Of a stretch of DNA of 24,000 nt, positions 17,226-24,000 are shown in pieces (position 1 is the stretch's first letter; every line of letters starts with the position of its first letter). The DNA lies in NCBI GenBank assembly GCA_038209275.1, contig JBBQXW010000039.1, positions 1-24,000 on the forward strand. Reading direction: 5' to 3'. The notes under the pieces were generated by a model. The model had not been told where the DNA came from and ran no database searches. It saw only the letters and a list, made by a program, of their open reading frames with translations. This stretch comes from Chloroflexia bacterium. Its GTDB lineage: Bacteria; Chloroflexota; Chloroflexia; Chloroheliales; Chloroheliaceae. Both the position numbers and the translations under genes were made by a program.

Positions 17226-18539
17226 GTGTTAATTACATCTCCCTTTGTTTTGGGTGTGCCTTCGACCAAGTTCACTTTCTATGCTGCGCCTACACCTGGT
17301 GAAGGGGGAGGTATGTCGGAACTGCTTCAGTTTTTGCTGATGCTGATGCTGGTAATCGTCGCCGCCAAAACCGCCGGGCTGGTGAGCACTAAACTGGGAC
17401 AACCAGCAGTGCTGGGCGAACTGCTGGCCGGAGTAGTGCTTGGCCCAACTCTGCTAAATGTTTTTGGTCTCCCCTTTATCACGAGTCAAACTTTACAGGT
17501 CGAATTCAAGCACCTGGCCGAAATTGGAGTAATCCTGCTGATGTTTATGGCGGGTCTGGAAACCGATCTTAAAGCGCTTAGCCGGGTAGGCAAGATTGCA
17601 GTTTTCGCCGGGGTATTAGGTGTGATTTTCCCGATTACCCTGGGCGGGCTGGTAGCCTTGCCCTTTAATTACAGCTTTGATAAAGCCCTTTTTATTGGCA
17701 TTATTCTGAGCGCTACCAGCGTCTCAATTTCTGCTCAAACTCTATTGGAACTGGGGGTACTCAAACGGAAAGAGGGGATAGCTTTATTAGGGGCGGCGGT
17801 CATCGACGATGTGCTGGTCATTTTGGTGCTGTCACTTTTTATGGCCCTGGCAACCGGCGGTGGAAGTGGTGTTGGCGATATTGTAGTAGTGGTGCTAAGG
17901 ATGGTAGGTTTTTTCATAGTGGCTGGTCTCTTTCTGTGGAAAATACTGCCCTGGATTTTGCACCGGGCCAGGCGCCTGCCCATCAGCGAAAGTTTGACCG
18001 CTACTACGCTGGTGATCATCCTGGGAGTAGCCTGGGCTGCCGAATTTGTAGGCGGAATTGCCCTGATCGTAGGAGCTTTCCTGGTTGGAGTGCTAGTAGC
18101 ACGCACCGATCACAAACACGAACTGGAGAAAAGTTTTCATACCCTGACCTATAGCTTTTTCGTGCCTATTTTCTTTGTGAGTATTGGTTTAGCTGCCAAT
18201 CTGACCCAGCTTTCCGCTTCTGACTTGCTATTTGCCGCTTTAATTGTGCTGGTGGCGGTAGTTTCTAAGGTTATTGGTTGCGGACTGGGCGCACGCTTGG
18301 GGGGTTTCAACAATGGTGAAGCTTTTCGGATGGGTCTGGGAATGATCAGCCGGGGAGAGGTAGGCTTAATTGTAGCGGCGGTCGGGTTGCAGGAAGGTCT
18401 TATTCAAGAGGGCACTTATGGCGTAATGGTCTTAATGATACTGGCAACTACCATCATCACCCCATTAGCGCTCAAAGCGGCCTACCGTAACGTCAAGGCA
18501 GATAGCTCCGGGAAAGGTCAAGTTGGTCAGCAAGCATAG
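17226..18539 (+). CDS. Cation:proton antiporter, CPA2/KefB-like membrane domain
   Basis: 437 aa; KLGQPAVLGELLAGVVLGPTLLN, LMFMAGLETDLKAL, GRGEVGLIVAAVG-like GMISRGEVGLIVAAVG. GTG 17226 has a strong AGGAGGA SD; ATG 17313 is an alternative. Confidence 0.92.
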   Translation: MLITSPFVLGVPSTKFTFYAAPTPGEGGGMSELLQFLLMLMLVIVAAKTAGLVSTKLGQPAVLGELLAGVVLGPTLLNVFGLPFITSQTLQVEFKHLAEIGVILLMFMAGLETDLKALSRVGKIAVFAGVLGVIFPITLGGLVALPFNYSFDKALFIGIILSATSVSISAQTLLELGVLKRKEGIALLGAAVIDDVLVILVLSLFMALATGGGSGVGDIVVVVLRMVGFFIVAGLFLWKILPWILHRARRLPISESLTATTLVIILGVAWAAEFVGGIALIVGAFLVGVLVARTDHKHELEKSFHTLTYSFFVPIFFVSIGLAANLTQLSASDLLFAALIVLVAVVSKVIGCGLGARLGGFNNGEAFRMGLGMISRGEVGLIVAAVGLQEGLIQEGTYGVMVLMILATTIITPLALKAAYRNVKADSSGKGQVGQQA

Positions 18540-18641
18540 AAAAGCAAGGCCATTAATGAAGCACAACCGGTCTGACAAGCCTTTGAGAATATTTCGCTAA
18601 CCGAAAAGCAAAGATACTGAAATAAAAGGGAGGTACTCCAG

Positions 18642-19016
18642 ATGGAAAAAGCTGACAAAGGTCCACAAATGGTTGTATTAATCCTCAGAGAGGAGGAACG
18701 GTTGGAAGAGTTATTGTCACTATGGGAGAAGGCTGGCGCTTCCGGTGCAACTGTGCTGGATTGTATCGGACGTACTCAATTAAGGGATGCGCTGCATATG
18801 GATGATGTACCAATGTTTCCTTCACTCGCCGACCTTACTCGCTCCGAAAGTGTAGGAGAAAAACTGGTTTTTACGTTAGTGGCAAGTGACGAACTGGCTC
18901 AACGCCTCATCATTATTAGCCGCCAGTTACTGGAACGAACTTCCCGTAACAAGGGATTGATATTTACCATCCCACTTGGTAGCGTTTTTGGGCTGGGTCA
19001 GACTACTACTCCCTGA
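18642..19016 (+). CDS. Small protein resembling PII-like/ferredoxin-like signalling domains
   Basis: 124 aa; MVVLILREEERLEELLSLWEKAGASGATVLDCIGRTQL...LLERTSRNKGLIFTIPLGSVFGL; SD GGGAGG; immediately downstream of the antiporter. Confidence 0.55.
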   Translation: MEKADKGPQMVVLILREEERLEELLSLWEKAGASGATVLDCIGRTQLRDALHMDDVPMFPSLADLTRSESVGEKLVFTLVASDELAQRLIIISRQLLERTSRNKGLIFTIPLGSVFGLGQTTTP

Positions 19017-19177
19017 GATCAGCTACCGAGGGTGGAGTGAACCAATCTAAATGTAAAAGAATCGGGTAGAAGCAGAGGTCGTAGAAAAGGCAAGCAGCCA
19101 GGATAGAGAAAGTGAACAAATAAGAGATGAATACCCGGTTTAATCTTAGTTTAGTAATATAAGTGATACTTCTGAGA

Positions 19178-19583
19178 TTGACGTTTAGACTAAAGAAATG
19201 GGCGAAGCGACCTTGCGGTAACTCGCCCCATCGAGTAATGTTCTTTCGACCAAAAAAGGAGCATTACTCAATGGGAGTGGACGCTTCCAATATCGTGCGG
19301 CCTCAATCTAGCACCCTGCCTGAGCGCGGCGCTTTGTACGTTCACAACCTGCCCGAATGTGACAAACCAATCACTTTTGGCTGACAATTCTCAGTGGCGG
19401 TGGGTGCAGTAGTTAAACGGTCTGAACGCCATCCGGTGGTCAAGGTCAAAAAAGGGGCTGCCAAGGCGCGGTGGCGCAAAAAGCGGGCTTAAAAGCCTAG
19501 TTTAGGCTAGTTGCAACCGTCTTATTTAGAGTTCGCGGCGCGTGCGCGAGGCTTGTTAATGTGCCATTTAGTCTAAACGTCAA
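19178..19583. repeat. 406-bp segment bounded by a perfect 17-bp inverted repeat
   Basis: TTGACGTTTAGACTAAA (19178-19194) and TTTAGTCTAAACGTCAA (19567-19583). Confidence 0.85.
19271..19492 (+). other. Small ORF with one in-frame UGA (37 codons + UGA + 35 codons)
   Basis: ATG 19271 with AGGAG SD; MGVDASNIVRPQSSTLPERGALYVHNLPECDKPITFG-[UGA 19382]-QFSVAVGAVVKRSERHPVVKVKKGAAKARWRKKRA-TAA. Confidence 0.4.
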
Positions 19584-19668
19584 CCCTTTTAGGCACTCCC
19601 GAAAAATCCATTGGCGGAGCAATGTCCTACGAATTAGCTACTTGCCCGTGCGCTGATTATTAGGGCTG

Positions 19669-20868
19669 TTAGGCTTTTACAACGCCTTTTTTGCATAGTC
19701 GCTCGATTTCGGCCTCGTCCCAACCAAACTGGCGCAAGATTTCGCGGGAGTGTTGGCCCAGCACCGGGGCGGGGCGGTAGATGCGGCCCGGCGTGCCGGA
19801 TAGCTTGACTGGTACGCCAATTTGTTTGATTTTCCCGGCAACAGGGTGTTCAATCTCGACCATCATTTCGCGGGCCTGTACCTGCGGGTCATTATAAACC
19901 CCCGCCATATCGTAAATCGGGCCTGCTGGTACGCCGACCTGTTCCAGCAAAGCCAGCCATTCTTCCGAGCCATGCCGCCGAAAAATATCGTCTAAAATCG
20001 CGGCCAGCTCAGCACGATGGGCCATGCGGTCGCGGGTAGCGGCAAAACGGGGGTCAGCCAGCAAATCGGGCCGCTCTATCACCTCGCACAATTTCTCCCA
20101 GTTCGCCTGGTTCGCTGCCCCGATATTAATATAGCGGTCAGCCGTCGGGAAAGCCTGATAGGGCGCGGAAAGGCGATGGGCCGACCCCATTTGGGTAGCC
20201 GATTGCCCGGTGAAAAACAAAATATTCGATTCCCAAAAAGTGTAAGCCAGGCTGCTTTCCAGCAGCGATACATCTATATACTGCCCCTCGCCCGTTTTTA
20301 GTTGGTGGATATAAGCACACAGGACACTATAAGCGGCGTATAGCCCGGCGTTCAGGTCGGCGATTGGCACACCAACTTTGGCGGGTGTGCCGTCCGGCTC
20401 TCCTGTCAGGCTCATTAGCCCGCTCATGCCTTGCGCCACCAGATCGAAGCCGCCGCGCCTGCCGTAAGGCCCGGTCTGCCCAAACCCGCTTATCGAACAA
20501 TAAATAAGTTTGGGATTGAGCGCCTTTAAGTCTTCGTAGCTCAACCCCAGGTTTTCCATTGTGCCGGGCCGGAAATTTTCAATTACCACATCGGCTTTTT
20601 CCGCCAGCTTGCGAAAGACCGCCCGACCTTCTTCGTCTTTCAAATTCAAGGCCAGCCCGCGTTTATTGCGGTTCATTGCAATAAAGCCGCTACCCTCGCC
20701 GTTCAGAAACGGCCCAAACTGGCGCGAGTCGTCGCCGCCGTTGGGCTTTTCCACTTTGATTACATCTGCCCCCATGTCAGCCAGCAGCAACCCACAGTAC
20801 GGCCCAGACATTATCTGCGTCGCATCCAGCACAATCATTCCATCCAACGCAAACGGACTATTCAGCAT
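19669..20868 (-). CDS. CaiB/BaiF family (family III) CoA-transferase
   Basis: 399 aa; VLDATQIMSGPYCGLLLADMGADVIKVEKPNGGDDSRQFGPF, NRNKRGLALNLKDEEG, ENFRPGTMENLG. Confidence 0.94.
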   Translation of the reverse strand: MLNSPFALDGMIVLDATQIMSGPYCGLLLADMGADVIKVEKPNGGDDSRQFGPFLNGEGSGFIAMNRNKRGLALNLKDEEGRAVFRKLAEKADVVIENFRPGTMENLGLSYEDLKALNPKLIYCSISGFGQTGPYGRRGGFDLVAQGMSGLMSLTGEPDGTPAKVGVPIADLNAGLYAAYSVLCAYIHQLKTGEGQYIDVSLLESSLAYTFWESNILFFTGQSATQMGSAHRLSAPYQAFPTADRYINIGAANQANWEKLCEVIERPDLLADPRFAATRDRMAHRAELAAILDDIFRRHGSEEWLALLEQVGVPAGPIYDMAGVYNDPQVQAREMMVEIEHPVAGKIKQIGVPVKLSGTPGRIYRPAPVLGQHSREILRQFGWDEAEIERLCKKGVVKA

Positions 20869-21017
20869 CTTTTAGCTTCTCCTCCATTAATTTTTAAATC
20901 AGTAAAATTCGGTGGGCTTATTATACGCGCAAGTCTGTTACTTTTGCCATAAAAACAACAACCGAGCAAAATCCGACCCCGTTTCCGATAGCATTTTCTC
21001 TTTATTCAAAAAAGGTT

Positions 21018-21157
21018 AAGGCTGTTGCAAAGTCAGGGTTTTTGATTGTAGGAGAGAGTAGGAGAGAGTTCTACTCTCGATAAAGCGGTTGCTCAGGCTC
21101 AATTTTCGAGAGCAGCGCTCTCTCCTACACCCTCTTTTCGGACTTTGCAATCGCCTT
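21018..21157. repeat. Fold-back/MITE-like element B, related to 13878-14043
   Basis: AAGGCTGTTGCAAAGTC (21018-21034) / GACTTTGCAATCGCCTT (21141-21157), 15/17 complementary; inner TGTAGGAGAGAG... / TTCGAGAGCAGCGCTCTCTCCTACA (21105-21129). Confidence 0.82.
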
Positions 21158-21177
21158 ACAAAAAAGTTTCAAAAGAG

Positions 21178-21206
21178 TTGCGGGTGAAGTGAGGCTATGT
21201 TATAAT
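21178..21206 (+). promoter_or_regulatory. Predicted rpsB promoter
   Basis: TTGCGG (21178-21183), 17 nt, TATAAT (21201-21206). Confidence 0.65.
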
Positions 21207-21372
21207 AGCCAACGGCGTTTTAAACCAAGCGCCTTTTTGTGAGTATAGCTTAGATAAAAAAAGCACGCTCTCCGACTGTTCGGTTCGTGTCTGCCTTTTA
21301 GCACAAGAGCAAAGACAGATGGCCGGATGGGATGACGAGAGCGGAAGATTAACGAAGTCAGAAAGGAATACA

Positions 21373-22368
21373 ATGGTAGCAACAATCGAGGAAGCTCCTC
21401 AGCCAGCTTCAGCCCCTCGCCCGTTGGTGACGCTAGAGCCGGGACAGAGCCAGGCCGCCATCATGCGTACCCTGCTGGAAGCGGGCGTTCACTTTGGACA
21501 CCAGACCAAGCGCTGGAATCCGAAGATGCGGCCCTACATCTTCACCGAGCGCAACGGCATTCATATCATAGATTTGGCTCAGACCGTGCAGGGTCTGGCA
21601 TCGGCGGCAGAGTTCGTCGGCGAACTGGCGGCGCAGGGTGGGCGCTTGATGATGATTGGCACCAAGAAACAGGCCCAGGACGTAATTTCGGAAGAAGCCA
21701 AACGCTGCGCTCAGTTCTATGTGAACAAGCGCTGGCCCGGTGGTCTGCTGACCAACTTTGTCACCACCCGGCAGCGTCTGCGCCACTTAGCCGAACTGGA
21801 AGCCCGCCAGACTCGTGGCGAAATTGAGCAATTGCCCAAGCAGGAAGCCAAGAAGCTGAACGAAGAGATGACCAAGCTGAACAATACGCTGGGCGGTATC
21901 AAGCAGATGTACGATTTGCCAAGCGCAGTGTTCGTGATTGACCCGCACAAAGAGCGGGTAGCGATGGCGGAAGCGCTACGGCTGGAAATCCCGGTGATTG
22001 CCATCGGCGACACCAATTGCGACCCGGACGAAATAGATTATGTCATACCGGGTAACGACGATGCCATTCGCTCGGTCAAAATTATTACGGCGCGGCTGGC
22101 CGATGCTTTCATCGAAGGGATTAATCGGCGCGAGGCCATGCGAGCCGAGCAGATGATGAGCGAACAGGAAGAACGCGGCGGACGCGACCGTGACCGGGGC
22201 GGCGAACGCAACGAAGAGCGCGGCGGACGCGGCGAAGGCGGCGGACGTGACCGGGGCGGCGACCGGGGTGGTCGGCGTGACCGGGGTGGTCGTGGCGGCG
22301 GCGGTGGCGAAAACCGTGACCGGGGCGGCGACCGTGACCGCAATAGCAGCGAAGGCGGCGACCGCTAG
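21373..22368 (+). CDS. rpsB: 30S ribosomal protein S2 with an Arg/Gly/Asp-rich C-terminal extension
   Basis: [75 protein letters not shown]. Start MVATIEE at 21373 favoured over 21319. Confidence 0.95.
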   Translation: MVATIEEAPQPASAPRPLVTLEPGQSQAAIMRTLLEAGVHFGHQTKRWNPKMRPYIFTERNGIHIIDLAQTVQGLASAAEFVGELAAQGGRLMMIGTKKQAQDVISEEAKRCAQFYVNKRWPGGLLTNFVTTRQRLRHLAELEARQTRGEIEQLPKQEAKKLNEEMTKLNNTLGGIKQMYDLPSAVFVIDPHKERVAMAEALRLEIPVIAIGDTNCDPDEIDYVIPGNDDAIRSVKIITARLADAFIEGINRREAMRAEQMMSEQEERGGRDRDRGGERNEERGGRGEGGGRDRGGDRGGRRDRGGRGGGGGENRDRGGDRDRNSSEGGDR

Positions 22369-22402
22369 ACTTATTTTGTCGGCAAAAATTTAGCGTAAAA
22401 AG

Positions 22403-22585
22403 TTTTGCCTCCAATAAAGCCTGGCTCTATTGGAGGCAAAATCTTAAATAAAAGACTTTCACTTGTACCAGGTTAGAACCTGGAAATTTCTGAGTTTTTG
22501 ATTTTTGTAAAAAATCAAAAACTCAGAAAAACCGAATCCTTTTAGTTTTTGAAATTTTTTTGCAAAAAAATTTCAAAAACTAAAA
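22403..22585. repeat. Four consecutive perfect hairpins between rpsB and tsf
   Basis: Stems: 22403-22416/22428-22441 (14 bp), 22468-22474/22477-22483 (7 bp), 22487-22506/22510-22529 (20 bp), 22540-22561/22564-22585 (22 bp). Confidence 0.93.
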
Positions 22586-22627
22586 AGAAAAGTGGAAATC
22601 CTGAAATAAAACAAGAGGAGAAACACA

Positions 22628-23164
22628 GTGGAAATTTCGGCTCAGGCGGTGAAGGAACTCCGCGAAGAGACCGGCGCGGGAATTATGGATTGCAAGAACG
22701 CTCTGAAAGAGAGCGAAGGCGATGTCAAAAAGGCTAAGGCGTGGCTGGATGCCCGTGGCCTGCGCAAGGCTGAGAAAGTAACTGGGCGCGAAGCCAAGCA
22801 AGGTCTGATTGAGACCTACGTACACAGTGGTCGTATCGGCGCGATTATCGAGTTAAGCTGCGAGACCGACTTTGTGGCCCGCACCGAAGATTTCAAGAAA
22901 CTGGCCCGCGATATTGCCCAGCAGGTCGTCGGCACTGGCCCGGAATATGTTTCGGTGGATGATATTCCGGCGGACGTACACGAAGACAAAAAGAACGAGC
23001 ATGGCGACAGTATCAATTCGTGGTACAAGGAAGCGGTACTTTTGCATCAACCTTCGCTCAAAGACTCGAAAGCAACCATTAACGATATGATTACCCAGGC
23101 GAAAGCCAAGCTGGGCGAAAATATCGTGCTAAAGCGCTTTACCCGGTACGAACTGGGCAAGTAA
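22628..23164 (+). CDS. tsf: Elongation factor Ts, short form
   Basis: 178 aa from GTG 22628, SD AGAGGAG; VKELREETGAGIMDCKNALKESEGDVKKAKAWLDARGLRKAEKVTGREAKQGLIETYVHSGRIGAIIELSCETDFVARTEDFK. Confidence 0.96.
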   Translation: MEISAQAVKELREETGAGIMDCKNALKESEGDVKKAKAWLDARGLRKAEKVTGREAKQGLIETYVHSGRIGAIIELSCETDFVARTEDFKKLARDIAQQVVGTGPEYVSVDDIPADVHEDKKNEHGDSINSWYKEAVLLHQPSLKDSKATINDMITQAKAKLGENIVLKRFTRYELGK

Positions 23165-23468
23165 CTTTAAGCTAAAATTGAGGCGGATGAAGCCTTCTCT
23201 TGCACCGATTTAAGAACTTGTTTCATAATGGGTAGGGGTTCAATTCATTGAACCCAATTGGGCCTGCCCCTTCAAGCCCCTACCAGCTTTGAAACAACTT
23301 CTAAGGTCGGTTCAGCAAAGAAAGACTTCCTTCCGCCTCATTTAATATATATTTCATTTAATTTTTCGGGTATAATAGTTGCTAAGAAACAAATTGAGTT
23401 TATTTTCGTTGTGCTAATAAGGAGTCTTAAGCAGCAATCAGCTAACGGAGCAGCATCCTACAAATTAA

Positions 23469-24000
<532 letters not shown>

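Noticed and set aside
17735-18106. Minus-strand ORF inside the antiporter gene
   Set aside because: Antisense shadow with a low-complexity Ser/Thr/Pro-rich product.
22038-22414. Minus-strand ORFs opposite the rpsB tail
   Set aside because: Arg/Ser/Pro-rich product is simply the reverse reading of the RGG-coding repeats.
23236-23255. GGGTTCAAT-TC-ATTGAACCC hairpin after tsf
   Set aside because: Real 9-bp stem, but lies near a gene end and is unremarkable; lacks a U tract, so not confidently called a terminator.

Overview
This 24 kb window looks like a bacterial chromosome segment. I think it is Chloroflexota-like, but that is only an inference from gene content and coding style. Most of it is ordinary housekeeping and metabolic genes: CaiB/BaiF CoA-transferases, a glutaryl-CoA-dehydrogenase-like acyl-CoA dehydrogenase, glgB, pirin, an SMR efflux pump with a TetR regulator, a CPA2 antiporter, rpsB, tsf and pyrH. 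The strongest candidate for an unusual biological system is at the left edge. There a NACHT-type P-loop NTPase (truncated by the window, absent from the supplied ORF track) is divergently arranged with a TIR-domain protein, and the two share a similar ~85-aa adaptor-like domain. They are separated by a perfect 27-bp inverted repeat and a 16-bp palindrome over a predicted -10 box. The second theme is a high density of perfect or near-perfect intergenic inverted repeats. These include four hairpins in a row between rpsB and tsf, two related fold-back elements with a shared core (13878-14043 and 21018-21157), a TetR-type operator between consensus -35/-10 boxes, and a small ORF with an in-frame UGA inside a 406-bp segment bounded by 17-bp inverted repeats. 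All calls are manual readings; no database search or folding was run.
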